Shown piece after piece: positions 43,401-58,400 of a stretch of 64,000 bases of DNA (positions within the stretch are counted from its first letter, which is position 1; every line of letters begins with the position of its first letter). The notes beneath the pieces were generated by a model, which saw only the letters and a program-made list of their open reading frames with translations, searched no databases and was not told the origin of the DNA. A program made the translations under genes and the position numbers. The DNA is from Macrostomum hystrix (lineage: Eukaryota; Animalia; Platyhelminthes), in NCBI GenBank assembly GCA_950097015.1, contig CATNEN010000037.1:1364001-1428000 (forward strand), in the 5' to 3' direction.

Positions 43401-46400
43401 CAGCATGACCAACAGCATGACCAACAGCATGATCAACATCATGACCAACATGAGCCTCACTGCAGTCAGCATGAGCAGCAAATTGAAGTATCAATGATGT
43501 GAACAAATCATTTCTTAAGCTAACAGTGAAAGAACAGTTCAATCGTGATTGAAACTACGAGACTATAACTATGAAACTCGTAAAATACTCGTAAAACACT
43601 CGTAAAACACTAATAATTTAGAAATGCTCTTAGAAAGTTAGATGTTAGCTTCCTAAAAATCACCGGCACATTGCAGTGTTAACTGCTGTATATTTTAGCA
43701 CATTCCACATTTCACAAATTCTATGGATAAAGCGACCAGTGGGTAAACCTGTGTGTAAACCAGTGGGTAAACCAGTTGATAAACCAGTGGGTAAACCAGT
43801 TGATAAACCAGTGAGTAAACCAGTTGATAAACCAGTGGGTAAACCAGTTGATAAACCAGTGGGTAAACCAGTTGATAAACCAGTGGGTAAACCAGTTGAT
43901 AAACCAGTGGGTAAACCAGTTGATAAACCAGTGAGTAAACCAGTTGATAAACCAGTGGGTAAACCAGTTGATAAATCAGTGGGTAAACCAGTTGATAAAC
44001 CAGTGGGTAAACCAGTTGATAAACCAGTGGGTAAACCAGTTGATAAACCAGTGGGTAAACCAGTTGATAAACCAGTGAGTAAACCAGTTGATAAACCAGT
44101 GGGTAAACCAGTTGATAAACCAGTGGGTAAACCAGTTGATAAACCAGTGAGTAAACCAGTTGATAAACCAGTGGGTAAACCAGTTGATAAAACCAGTGGG
44201 TAAACCAGTTGATAAACCAGTGGGTAAACCAGTTGATAAACCAGTGGGTAAACCAGTTGATAAACCAGTGAGTAAACCAGTTGATAAACCAGTGGGTAAA
44301 CCAGTTGATAAACCAGTGAGTAAACCAGTTGATAAACCAGTGGGTAAACCAGTTGATAAACCAGTGGGTAAACCAGTTGATAAACCAGTGAGTAAACCAG
44401 TTGATAAACCAGTGGGTAAACCAGCCGGAAACGCAGCGGGAAATGCAGTGGATGTTCGAAGGTAACTAATTTACACTTGCACTTTTATTTCTTAGTCTAC
44501 ACCAATGAAATCTTAAGCACGAGCTGCTAAGCCATTATATTCAATTGTAACTAAATATTTGAGCAACTGCTCAAACTGCGAATAAATTAAGCAGATATAG
44601 CTGCATTGTTGGTAAGGCTCTAATGCCAACAGTATAAAAGTAGAATAGTGCAAACAAGCAGCACTTACGCTATAATGAATGGTACAAAAACTGCGGTGTC
44701 CAAGGCTGTCTCGTGCACTACCGAAGTCTCCTTCACCGGCGGAGTTAGCCGAGAGAAGATCAGCAGAATGGGGAACAGCTCCGGCGTCAGGGCGCTGAAG
44801 TTAGAATAAAATGGAGAAATTTTTCTTATTCTCACTGGGTAATTCAGTGGACTTCCAGTAGGTCATTCGGTGGGTCATTCAATGGACTTCCAGTAGGTCA
44901 TTCAATGGACTTTCAGTAGGTCAGTCGGTGGGTCATTTAGTGGACTTCCAGTAAGTCATTCGGTGGGTCATTTGGTGGACTTCCAGTAGGTAATTCGGTG
45001 GGTCATTCGGTGGACTTCCAGTAGGTCATTCGGTGGGTCATTCAGTGGACTTCCAGTAGGTCACTCGATGGGTCATTCAATTGACTTCCAGTAGGTCATT
45101 CGGTGGGTCATTCGGTGGACTTCCAGTAGGTCATTCGGTGGGTCATTCAGTCAACTTCCAGTAGGTCATTCAATGGACTTTCAGTAGGTCATTCGGTGGG
45201 TCATTCAGCGGACTTCCAGTAGGTCACTCGATGGGTCATTCAATGGACTTCCAGTAGGTCATTCGGTGGGTCATTCAATGGACTTCCAGTAGGTCATTCG
45301 GTGGGTCATTCGGTGGACTTCCAGTAGGTCATTCGGTGGGTCATTCAGTGGACTTCCAGTAGGTCACTCGATGGGTAATTCAATGGACTTCTAGTAGGTC
45401 ATTCGGTGGGTCATTCAATGGACTTCCAGTAGGTCATTCGGTGGGTCATTCAATGGACTTCCAGTACGTCATTCGGTGGGCCATTCGGTGGACTTCCAGT
45501 AGGTCATTCGGTGGGTCATTCAGTGGACTTCCAGTAGTTCACTCGATGGGTAATTCAATGGACTTCTAGTAGGTCATTCGGTGGGTCATTCGGTGGGTCA
45601 TTCGGTGGACTTCTAGTAGGTCATTCAATGGACTTTCAGTAGGTCAGTCGGTGGGTCATTCGGTGGGTCATTTGGTGGACTTCCAGTAGGTCATTCGGTG
45701 GGTCATTCAATGGACTTCCAGTAGGTCATTCAATGGACTTTCAGTAGGTCATTCGGTGGGTCATTCAGCGGACTTCCAGTAGGTCACTCGATGGGTCATT
45801 CAATGGACTTCCAGTAGGTCATTCGGTGGGTCATTCAATGGACTTCCAGTAGGTCATTCGGTGGGTCATTCGGTGGACTTCCAGTAGGTCATTCGGTGGG
45901 TCATTCAGTGGACTTCCAGTAGGTCACTCGATGGGTAATTCAATGGACTTCCAGTAGTTCACTCGATGGGTAATTCAATGGACTTCCAGTAGGTCATTCG
46001 GTGGGTCATTTAATGGACTTCCAGTAAGTCATTCGGTGGGTCATTTGGTGGACTTCCAGTAGGTAATTCGGTGGGTCATTCGGTGGACTTCCAGTAGGTC
46101 ATTCGGTGGGTCATTCAGTGGACTTCCAGTAGGTCACTCGATGGGTCATTCAATGGACTTCCAGTAGGTCATTCGGTGGGTCATTCAATGGACTTCCAGT
46201 AGGTCATTCGGTGGGTCATTCAATGGACTTTCAGTAGGTCATTCGGTGGGTCATTCAGTGGACTTCCAGTAGGTCACTCGATGGGTCATTCAATGGACTT
46301 CCAGTAGGTCATTCGGTGGGTCATTCGGTGGACTTCCAGTAGGTCATTCGGTGGGTCATTCAGTGGACTTCCAGTAGGTCGCTCGATGGGTAATTCAATG

Positions 46401-49400
46401 GACTTCTAGTAGGTCATTCGGTGGGTCATTCGGTGGGTCATTCGGTGGGTCATTCGGTGGGTCATTCGGTGGACTTCTAGTAGGTCATTCAATGGACTTC
46501 CAGTAGGTCATTCGGTGGGTCATTCAATGGACTTCCAGTAGGTCATTCGGTGGGTCATTCGGTGGGTCATTCAATGGACTTCCAGTAGGTCATTCGGTGG
46601 GTCATTCGGTGGACTTCCAGTAGGTCATTCGGTGGGTCACTAGTCGACCATTCAGTGAATCATCTAGTTGGGTCATTCAGTGGACTTTCAGTGGGTCATT
46701 CAGTGGTTTAACTAGTAGGTCATCTAGTGGTTCATCGGCAGGTCATTCAGTGGGTCATTCAGTGGGTCATACAGTGGATCATCTAGTTCAGTAGACTTTC
46801 AGTGGGTCATTCAGTGTTTCTTCAGTGAGGAAAAAAGTGCATAAAAAAAATAATGCTCACCCAGTTTGAATAGAGAGAATGGCGCATTCTAGTTTGCGTT
46901 TCAAATAGTCGTAAACGCCAGGATAGCGATGAAAGAACACGGATGTGGACAGGCTGCAATATGTTTGTGTAAAATATCAAAAAGAAAATCGCAGAAAAAT
47001 TCAAAGAGTTTTAACACATCCAAGGAGCTTTTCATTACACATTCTTCTTGCTGGTCTCCTCGCGGCATCTGGTCACGCCGAAGATGCGAACAAACAGGGC
47101 GCTAAATAGCCGAGTGCAGGAGTTGCGGATCTGCGGAGCATTGCGCAACACCAGATTTACTGACAAGCCAACTAGTGCTGGGTTCAGGTAGGCGGCCGAT
47201 ATGTAGCGAAAAATGGAAGTAGAGAAATAGAGACGGTATTGAGAGGGGAGAAAGGGGGGAAGCGGAAGGTGAAGAGTGAGATAAAAAGGAAGAGGAAGAG
47301 GAAGATAAAGAGTGAGATGGAGAGGAAGAGGAAAAGGAAGAGGAAGAGGAAAAAGAAGAGGAATTGAAGAGGAAGAGGAAGATAAAGAGGAATAGGAAGA
47401 GGAAGAGGAAGATAAAGAAGAATAGGAAGAGGAAGATCAAGAGGAAAAGGAATAGGAATAGGAAGAGGAAGAGGAAGAGGAAGAGGAAAAAGAATAGGAA
47501 GAGGAAGAAGAGGAATAGGAAGAGGAAGATAAAGAGAAATAGGATGAGGAATATGAAGAGGAAGAGGAAGATAAAGAGGAAAAGGAATAGGAATAGGAAG
47601 AGGAAGAGGAAGGTAAAGAGTGAGATGAAGAGGAAGAGGAATAGGCAGAGGGAGAGGAAAAAAAGTAGGAAAAAAACTAAATAAGTAAATTAATGGAAGT
47701 TGAATGAAGAAAGGAAGAGTAAAAAGAGAGTAGAGATTACAATGGGGATAGAAAGAGGAAGCCAGAAGCAGATGGTGCAGGCCCTGGCAGGTGACAGCTT
47801 ACACTCCAGTTGCGCGCAGGGAAACCGTCCAGAGCCAGGCAGAGGGCCGGCGCTACCCACTGGCTGGTGGCGGGGCCGACTCGCGAATCGGAGAACAGAG
47901 CTGGCAGGGTGTTGTACACGTGCACCTGCGAGTGTTCGGATGCTGATTTATTTGGGATGGGGAAATTGGCAGAAAGGGGAGAGGAAACTGACGGGAAGGG
48001 GGGAGGAAACAAACAGGAAGGGAGAGGAAACTGACAGGCAGGGGGATGAAACTGACGGGAAGAAAAATGACGGGAAGGGGGAGGAAACTGACGAGAAGGG
48101 GGGAGGAAACTGACAGGAAGGGAGAGGAAACTGACGAGAAGGGGGGAGGAAACTGACAGGAAGGGAGAGGAAACTGACAGGAAGCGAGAGGAAACTGACA
48201 GGCAGGGGGATGAAACTGACAGGAAGAAAAATGACGGGAAGGGGGAGGAAACTGACGAGAAGGGGAGAGGAAACTGACAGGAAGGGAGAGGAAACTGACG
48301 AGAAGGGGGGGGGAAACTGACAGGAAGGGAGAGGAAACTGACGGGAAGCGAGAGGAAACTGACGGGAAGGGGAGGAAACTGACGGGAAGGAGAGGAAACT
48401 GACGGGAGGGAGAGGAAAATGACGGGAAGGGAGAGGAAACTGACGGGAAGGGGGGGAAACTGACGGGAAGGGAGAGGAAACTGACGGGAAGGGGAGGAAA
48501 CTGACGGGAAGGTAGAGGAAACTGACGGGAAGGGGAGGAAACTGACGGGAAGGGAGAGGAAACTGACGGGAAGGGAGAGGAAACTGACGGGAAGGGGGAG
48601 GAAACTGACGGGAGGGGGGAAACTGACGGGAAGGGGGAAACTGACGGGAAGGTAGAGGAAACTGACGGGAAGGGGGGAAACTGACGGGAAGGAGAGGAAA
48701 CTGACGGGAAGGGGGGAAACTGACGGGTAGGTAGAGGAAACTGACGGGAAGGGGGGAAACTGACGGGAAGGGGGGAAACTGACGGGAAGGTAGAGGAAAC
48801 TGACGGGAAGGGAGAGGAAACTGACGGGAAGGTAGAGGAAACTGACTGGAAGGGGGGAAACTGACGGGAAGGTAGAGGAAACTGACTGGAAGGGATACGA
48901 AGATATGTAGGCCGCAGACAGCAAGTTGCTCACCACAAATTCATCTTCAACTCCGTTGCGACTGGAGGCCAAACTAAAAAGCGCATCGAAGGCCTGGCGC
49001 AGCGAAGCCGGAGCGGCACTTTTGACTGGCGCCGGCTCGCTGGACACAATGCCCTGGACAGCGTCGGTTTAATGATTAAACAAATATTAATTCGATATAG
49101 CGAGGCATCTGGAGTTCGAATCTTAGCCTAGTGAAAGCTATTTGTGTCCTTTTGCAGCCAATTGCGTGGCGCTTTTTAAGGATGTGTACAGCTGTCCAGT
49201 CCATGGACTGGGGCTGAGATTCGAATTCACGATTCCCCTCACGACCAGAAAGATAAGTATTTTCAATAGATATCGTCTTCCAGATGTTAAGGGCCCCAAA
49301 TCAACGTGAGGATAAGAATAATTATTGCAGGAGGGCTGCGGGCAACGGCACACCATTTGGTGACACTAGACCCGCAGCCAGCGAGGAGGCAATTCTGCCC

Positions 49401-52400
49401 ACCCGCACACGCTCACACAGGTGTGTACATCTTATCATCTTCAGACAGTGTACACTTGCACTTTCATTGTGCCTTGGACGTTTGCCCTCAATGGCGTAAA
49501 TTGCACGACAAGTCCCCAAGCCTTCGCTCCGAGGCTGCGTCCCAAATGAATGTGGCCTCGCCGCGGAATCGAGCTCAGGGACCTTGGCGCGAGAGGCTAC
49601 GCTCTGCCACTGACCTCCCAACGTGAGGATAGTACGAGTACTAGGCTAAAATATGAAGGCTTTGCTATATTGAAAACTCAAAAAAGATTTCACCCAGAAT
49701 TTTGTATCCCGAAATTATCGATTAATGTCACTGTCTGGCTTGTGCAACACGCGATAATTGTATTAACGAATCTAATAAGAAAATAATCATTGATCGAGAC
49801 AGAGGCTATCTGATCAATCAGATGAGAATCTCTCGTTTCTTTCTTTGACAATGTCTGACATATTATCGATTTTTGGCCTAGGAAGGAAACTTGAACCAGT
49901 CAGACCTAAATTCCTTATCAGTCTGGAGAAAGAGTACTTGTGTACTCTTTTTTGCAATAATCGATTGGCTGTCTCGCAACTTGCTTTCGTAATTTTGCGT
50001 TTCTTAAAAAAATTATGATATTCTTGCTGCGATTCTTGATGCATTTCTTGCTGCGATTCTAGATGCATTTCATGATGCGATTCTTGATGCATTTCTTGCT
50101 GCGATTCTTGATGCATTTCTTGCTCCGATTCTTACTGCGACTCTTGAATGCATTTCTTGCTGCATTTCTTGCTGCGATTCTTGATGCATTTCTTGCTGCG
50201 ATTCTTGATGCATTTCTTGCTGCGATTCTAGATGCATTTCATGCTGCGATTCTTGATGCATTTCTTGCTGCGATTCTTGATGCATTTCTTGCTCCGATTC
50301 TTACTGCGACTCTTGAATGCATTTCTTGCTGCATTTCTTGCTGCGATTCTTGATGCATTTCTTGCTGCGATTCTAGATGCATTTCTTGATGCATTTCATG
50401 CTACGATTCTTGCTCCGATTCTTGCTGCGATTCTAGATGCATTTCTTCCTGCGATTCTTGATGCTTTCTTGCTGCGATTCTAGATGCATTTCTTTCTGCG
50501 ATTCTAGATTCATTTCTTTCTGCGATTCTTGATGCATTTCTTGCTGCGATTCTAGATGCATTTCTTGCTGCGATTCTAGATGCATTTCTTGCTGCGATTC
50601 TAGATGCATTTCTTGCTGCGATTCTTGATGCATTTCTTGCTGCGATTCTTGATGCATTTCTTGCTGCGATTCTTGATGCAATTCTTGCTGCGATTTTTGC
50701 TGCATTTCTTGCTGCGATTCTTGCTGCATTTCTTGCTGCGATTCTAGATGCATTTCTTGCTGCGATTCTTGATGCATTTCTTGCTGCGATTCTTGATGCA
50801 TTTCTTGCTCCGATTCTTACTGCGACTCTTGAAGCGATTTTTGATGCATTTCTTGCTGCGATTCTAGATGCATTTCTTGCTGCGATTCTAGATGCATTTC
50901 TTGCTGCGATTCTTGATGCATTTCTTGCTGCGATTCTAAATGCATTTCTTGATGCATTTCATGCTGCGATTCTAGATGCATTTCTTGCTGCAATTCTTGA
51001 TGCATTTCTTGCTGCGATTCTAGATGCATTTCTTGCTGCGATTCTTGATGCATTTCTTGCTGCGATTCTTGATGCATTTCTTGCTGCGATTCTAGATGCA
51101 TTTCTTGCTGCGATTCTAGATGCATTTCTTGCTGCGATTCTTGATGCATTTCTTGCTGCGATTCTAGATGCATTTCTTGCTGCGATTCTTGCTCCGATTC
51201 TTACTGCGATTCTTGAAGCGATTCTTGATGCGTTTCTGGCTTGTTTCTTAATCCTGTTCTCAGAATCTAGATACATTTATTGATTTAATTCCAGATGCGA
51301 TTCCAGCTACAGCATCTGCTGCGCGCGATTCAGTTGTATTGGTCTTCTGCTCTGATTTCAGCTACAAATTAAGCACTAGTTGAGGACTATCATTCTAGTA
51401 AATTGGCGGACCAGATTGGCAAATTTCACTGCTCATGTGGACTTGAGCACAGCTCACCAGAATATAGTATGGCAACCCAGCCGAGCGGCGAGTCAGGCAG
51501 AGGCGCAGGTCGTCAGTTGGGGGCCCGGACAGGTTGGCCAGCAGTTCGGCCAGCCAGCACTCGGGCAGGTGGCCTAGCGGAGGCCGGCAGCGCCAGACGG
51601 AGGCGCAGAATCGGCCGAAGCCTTCGTAGGCTAACTCGAAGGCGCCGCGATGACGCGAGTCGAAGAGAAGCTCCTTGTAGAAGGCGTGAATGCGGAGCAC
51701 CTGGGAACAGGTGGGTGTAATTGATAGGAATAGGGAGGACTGTTTATGATTAGGACAGCTGTGAGATTTATGCGGGATTCTAAATGGATCTGGGATTCAA
51801 GATGGATTCGGGATTCTAAATGGATCTGGGATTAAAGATGGATTCGGGATTCTAAATGGATCTGGGATTCAAGATGGATTCGGGATTCTAAATGGATCTG
51901 GGATTCAAGATGGATTCGGGATTCTAAATGGATCTGGGATTCAAGATGGATTCGGGATTCTAAATGGATCTGGGATTCAAGATAGATTCGGGATTCTAAA
52001 TGGATCTGGGATTCAAGATGGATTCGGGATTCTAAATGGATCTGGGATTTTAAATGGATTAGGGATTCTAAATGGATCTGGGATTTTAAATGGATTAGGG
52101 ATTCTAAATGGATCTGGGATTCTAGATGGATCTGGGATTCAAGATGGATCTGGGATTCAAGATGGATTCGGGATTCTAAATGGATCTGGGATTCAAGATG
52201 GATTCGGGATTCAAGATGGATTCGGGATTCAAGATGGATTCGGGATTCAAGATGGATTCGGGATTCAAGATGGATTCGGGATTCTAAATGGATTCGGGAT
52301 TCTAAATGGATCTGGGATTCTAGATGGATTCGGGATTCTTAACGGATTCGGGATTCTAAATGGATCTGGGATTCAAGATGGATTCGGGATTCTAAATGGA

Positions 52401-55400
52401 TCTGGGATTCAAGATGGATTCGGGATTCTAGATGGATTCGGGATTCTAGATGGATTTGGGATTCTAGATGGAATCGGGATTCTATATCGATTATTTTGGA
52501 TTTAGAATACATAACTACTAATTAAGGATTTCGATCCGGAATTAGGGATTTTGAATTACAAGTTCCACTATCGAAAAATCAAGGATTCTCACGATGCGCT
52601 CTCGAAACTGCTCGCCTCCGCTGTCCCCCTCGCCAGGATGGCGGTCAACAATGAGCCGCTCGCTCAGCTCGGCCACCAGCAGAGACGCCTCCTTGACTGT
52701 GCGCCAGCAGCAGACCACCAGGAACTCCGGCAGGTTGACCGGGTCGTCATCGCAGCTCCGCTGGCCGGCACTGAAACAGCCGGCCTCCAGGCTCAGTCCG
52801 GGCCCCAGCGGAAAGCCTTCAACATCGACAATGCCGCCCTCGGGAGCCGAGCTGGACATCAACGGACTGACGGCGTTGGCCGCCCTCGACGCCAGAGACA
52901 ACAGGCGCTCCGCCGATGCCACCGACGCTGTCGAGGTTGCTAGCCGGCGCAGACAGTGCAACGTCGGGTGCATTGGCGAGCGGACCGCGGCAACGCGAAG
53001 GCCGGAAGTTTCGGCGTCGAGGACCTGAGGTGGGGGTAAGGAATCTAATCAAACGAATCGTTTATTTTGACTTTTTCCAGTCCAACCAATACCTGAGACT
53101 CCAACTGGTCAGTCAGCCACTCGACAAGTCTAACACGTCCGTCGCCCTCGACGCTGTCACTGCCAAAAGCATTCGACAAGGCGAGGCGGCAGGCGGCAGG
53201 CGCAGACGGGTGCGTCAGAGCGGCGAACAGGTGGTGCGCCGTGGAGGCGTCCTGAGGCCGCCAGCTGCGGTGCATGGAGACAGCGGAAGCTGCTAAAGCG
53301 TCCGCCAGGGAATCCTGCGGGTTCGGGATGATGGACTGTGAGACTGGATGATGGACTGTGAGACTGGATGATGGACTGTGAGACTGGATGATGGACTGTG
53401 AGACTGGATGATGGACTGTGAGACTGGATAATGGACTGTGAGTAGGACGGCAGTGCGTGATCAGCAACCTGTCCGGAATCCATAATGAGGCTTAGCAGAT
53501 GCACAGCGTTAGCCCGATTGGCGTCAAAAGTGTCGGCGATTTGGGCAGCTACTGCGGCACTGAAGCTGCTTAGCAACTGTCTGGGATTGAAGTTTACGGC
53601 GCCGCTCACATCTGCAGATATAAAAATCATACACAAGGCAGGTAGTTAATTAGAAAGTAGGGATTCAACAGCTAAATAACAAGTTTAAATTCTAGACGGC
53701 TAATCCCAATTTTTCAACGTGTGATATTGTTAAAATTTGTTTCTGTTTACTGATGCCGATTATTGCTTTTAGAGTTCAAATGACTGTTTTCAGTTTGCAG
53801 ACAGTTTTTTTAGTTGGTAGTGATTGTTTTCAGTTGCTAATGACTGTTTTCAGTTGGCGATGACTGTTTTCAGTTTGCAGACAGTTTTTTTAGTTGGTAG
53901 TGATTGTTTTCAGTTGCTAATGACTGTTTTCAGTTGGCGATGACTGTTTTCAGTTGGTAAATGACTGTTTTCAGTTGCTAATGACTGTTTTGAGTTGGCA
54001 ATGATAGTTTTCAGTTGGCGATGACTGTTTTGAGTTGGCAATGATAGTTTTCAGTTGGCGATGACTGTTTTGAGTTGGCAATGACAGTTTTCAGTTGGTA
54101 ATGACTGTTTTCAGTTGGCGATGACTGTTTTGAGTTGGCAATGACAGTTTTCAGTTGGCGATGACTTTTTTCAGTTTGTAATGGCTGTTTTGAGTAGGCA
54201 ATGATGTAGCAGATGACCCTTCCTGCTGTCTACGATAGCCGATATAAAACTATCTCTTGATAGTGAGCTCTTCTAATTGACGCTAACGCTAATATGCGGT
54301 AATATACTCCAGCTACTACTGTTAGTAAAAATTGACAAGTTTGTAACAGTGATCCTAAAAACAAGGCGCGGACTCACCGTTGTGCAAAGTGTGCTCCAGC
54401 AGAGCACAGCTCAGCTCCAGGATGCTGCTGCGCCGTGGAAACGAACAGCCGGGATGCAGTTGGCAGAGAAATCCTCGGCAAAGTTGAATCATTTGATCCT
54501 GTTCAGGAATTATCGAATGCACCATGTTTGAAAGCGTATCTCTAGATCGGTAAACCGAGTCTACCCGCTTACCAAGTAGAAAGCCGCAGCCTCTTCAGCC
54601 GCATCGAATGTACTTTTTACCCAGGCGTGACTTCGCTTGAGAAACTGCAAAATGAAGGCTATTTTTAGGAAAAAATACTACCTTACGCCAAATATACTAC
54701 TGATGTGTCCAATTATAGGCTTACGGACTGAAACACGGCCAATAAACGTTGACGCTCTTCGCTTCTAGCACAGCCTAACCAGTTCATAAAAAATTCCGAT
54801 CCAAATTTGAATAGATCAGTTAGCACCGACCGCTGCTGCTGCTGCTGCTGCTGCTGCAGATTGAGCCAGATGTTGAACGCATCGAAGGAGATCTTAAAAT
54901 TTAGCAAATTAGCACGCACTATTTAGTGAGAAGATGTGGAGGTGGGGTGGGAAGAGGAAGAGGTGGGTGAGAAGAGGGAGAGGTGGGTGAGAAGAGGAAG
55001 AGGTGGGTGAGAAGAGGGAGAGGTGGGTGAGAAGAGGGAGAGGTGGGTGAGAAGAGGGAGAGGTGGGTGAGAAGAGGGAGAGGTGGGTGAGAAGAGGAAG
55101 AGGTGGGTGAGAAGAGGAAGAGATGGGTGAGAAGAGGGAGAGATTGCTGAGAAGATAAAAATTTATGACTAAGAAGCGCAGATATAAAGGAAAGGGGATA
55201 ATGGGAAAATTTTGTCCAGTGCCATCGGCCCCCTCTATCACCCTCGAGTTCAGCCAGAAGCAGGCGGGCCGCAGCAGTGAGGCCAGGGCATTGGACTCTT
55301 CGGAACCGAGTCGGACTCGTTTGAGACCGGCGCTAAGGATCAATAGTTTGAGCTGGCTAGCGCGATGGCTGTGCTCTGAGGGTTATAGGCACAGTGTTGT

Positions 55401-58400
55401 AAATGCTGTGACAGGTTTTACTATCTCATATTTTCTGGATTGAAAAGTTCACCTGCTGAGAATTCAGTTCAAAATCTCAACATGCATAATAATCTAGACT
55501 AAAAATCTGATAGTAGAGAATCTAGACTGAAAATCTCATAGTAGAGAATCTAGACTCAAAATCATTTATTTGAGAATCTAGACTAAAAATCTGATAGTTA
55601 AGAATCTAGATTCAAATTTTTTAGTTGAAAATCTAGACTTAAATCTTATTGTTGAGAATCTAGGTTCAAAATCTCATAGTTGAAAATGTATACTCAAAAT
55701 CTCATAGTTGAGAATCTCTGGTGTACTCACTGGTGTACTCAGCGCGACACAGAGTGGTCAGAAAGGCTGGCTCCCGCAGTCGCACCAGCTTCTGCAGGAA
55801 GTGATCTCGCACTGAGAGCAGATGACTGTCTGAGGCGCTGTCGACACCTTTGACTAAGGCGTCCAGCCAGTGATTGGCCGAATGGCAGTGAGGCACCAGA
55901 GCTAGGAACAGGTCTGAGGCCTGCAATGCATTTCATTGTTCTGTGAGTCTAGACTCAAGAAAGCGCGCATCACGAAGGGGAATACTTACGTAATATCCCA
56001 GCACGTGCTCCCGACTGTGTCGAACGGCTATTCTGAGCACATTCGGACAGGCGGTGAGCACTAGTCGAGGCTGGACATTGGCCAGACCTTGCAACAGGGC
56101 GTACTTTGCCTTGGAGTCCCAGCTGAGAGAATGGACTCTGCGGAGCACAGATTCCCAGCTAGCGGCTAGGCGGTCTGCAATGGGTTGAGCTGTTTTGAGT
56201 ACAACAGAATAACGGCTTCTGAGTATGCTCAATTACAAAGGTTTGGAGTACTGGACTATAAGGGTTGTGAGTACTGGACAATAAGGGTTGTGAGTACTGG
56301 ACAATAAGGGTTGTGAGTACTGGACAATAAGGGTTGTGAGTACTGGACAATAAGGGTTGTGAGTACTGGACAATAAGGGTTGTGAGTACTGGACAATAAG
56401 GGTTGTGAGTACTGGACTATAAGGGTTGTGAGTACTGGACTATAAGGGTTGTGAGTACTGGACTATAAGGGTTGTGAGTACTGGCCAATAAGGGTTGTGA
56501 GTACAGGACTATAAGGGTTGTGAGTACTGGACTATAAGGGTTGTGAGTACTGGACAATAAGGGTTGTGAGTACTGGACTATAAGGGTTGTGAGTACTGGA
56601 CTATAAGGGTTGTGAGTACTGGACAATAAGGGTTGTGAGTACTGGACTATAAGGGTTGTGAGTACTGGACAATAAGGGTTGTGAGTACTGGACAATAAGG
56701 GTTGTGAGTACTGGACTATAAGGGTTGTGAGTACAAGTTTATAAAAAGGCTTTGAGTTGTATTATAAGGGCATGAAGTAATGCATTATACGGTTTTTTAG
56801 TAACCCTTACTGAAGGTTTTGAGTACTACATTATAAGGATTCCGATCACTTGATTATAAGTGTTTTAAATACTGAATTATACGTGTTTTGAGTACTGAGC
56901 TATAAGGGTTTTGATTATAGGATTATAAGTGTTTTGAGAACTGGTTTTAAGAAATTGATTCATACATACCAATGAGCTGCACTAAACAGTTGAAAATGGC
57001 TGAGCAGTTGTGTTTTACCAGCTAAAGAAACAGTTAAAAGTCATGAATATATTAAGCTAATAAAAGTTCTATTCGTGGTAAACTAACAGAAGAAAGTGAA
57101 CTCACAAAGATATGCGACTCCATGTGGGCCATGACATAGTCCAGAGTTAGCTGAGTTAATTGCCGTTCTCTAGCGGACACGACAGTAGTAACTGACGGGT
57201 TTGATGACGCAATTGTATTAGTTTCACACCTGGATTGACCAACGGTAAACAATTATTTTTAATAATAAAACTATTATAATAAGAGACAATAACAAAAAAA
57301 CTCACCTAGCTATCAGTGCCTCATAGGACAATAGAACAGTCTTGGATAACAGAAGCTTGTCAGCCGATTCACTGCAATGAAAGCAACGATAATAACAATA
57401 ATTGATTACACCTGCTACGAGTATAATTGGACAAATGTGCAGCCGACAGCACAGCCGCAGCTATTGCGCGGCGCATCTGAAGGCTGCGTACGGCTGTTCA
57501 GTCCATGGACTGGGGGACGCCCACCTAGCCTCAATTAAGCCCAGCTGATGCTGGCATTTTACAGATGGGTGAACTGAAGCAACGCAGAGTTTGTTCCAGA
57601 GGGGAGTCGGGAATCGAAACCCCGACCTTCTAGTCGTGAGTCCGACGCTCTAAACACTAGGCTGCACCCCCATTGTAGCCTACAAGATCAATTAATTATC
57701 TTGCTCAAGGACACTTGCACCTGGGCTAAGAATCGAACTTACGACCTCATCGTCAATAGTCTGCAGCTCTAACAAGTAGGTTACAAGCCTTGTAAATAGT
57801 ATAATTATTATAACACGTTAAATAGGCGAAGAGCAAATGGCAAACATCTCGGTTGTGAAAAACTCCTGACCTATCCAATTGAAGAGAGTATAACAGACTG
57901 TCGATGAGCTGCTGGGCTCCTAAACCTGCGCTGGAATCGTCGGAGACTTGACGACGGCACAGACTGGCGTCCTGAGTTAATAGTGCGTGCCAGATGGCCA
58001 GGCGGCTGTTGGGACAGGCCGAGGAGACCCAGGACTGGCGTGACAGCGACTCCGGCTAGAATTGTTTGAGAGCGTCGATGGGGATTTGTCAATGTCTATC
58101 GGGGATTTGTCGATGTCTATCGGGGAATTGTCGATGTCTATCGGGGATTTGTCGATGTCTATCGGGGATTTGTCGATGTCTATCGGGGAATTGTCGATGT
58201 CTATCGGGGATTTGTCAATGTCTATCGGGGATTTGTCGATGTCTATCGGGGATTTGTCAATGTCTATCGGGGATTTGTCGATGTCTATCGGGGATTTGTC
58301 AATGTCTATCGGGGATTTGTCGATGTCTATCGGGGATTTGTCAATGTCGATGGGGGATTTGTCAATGTCGATGGGGGATTTGTCAATTTCGATGGGGATT

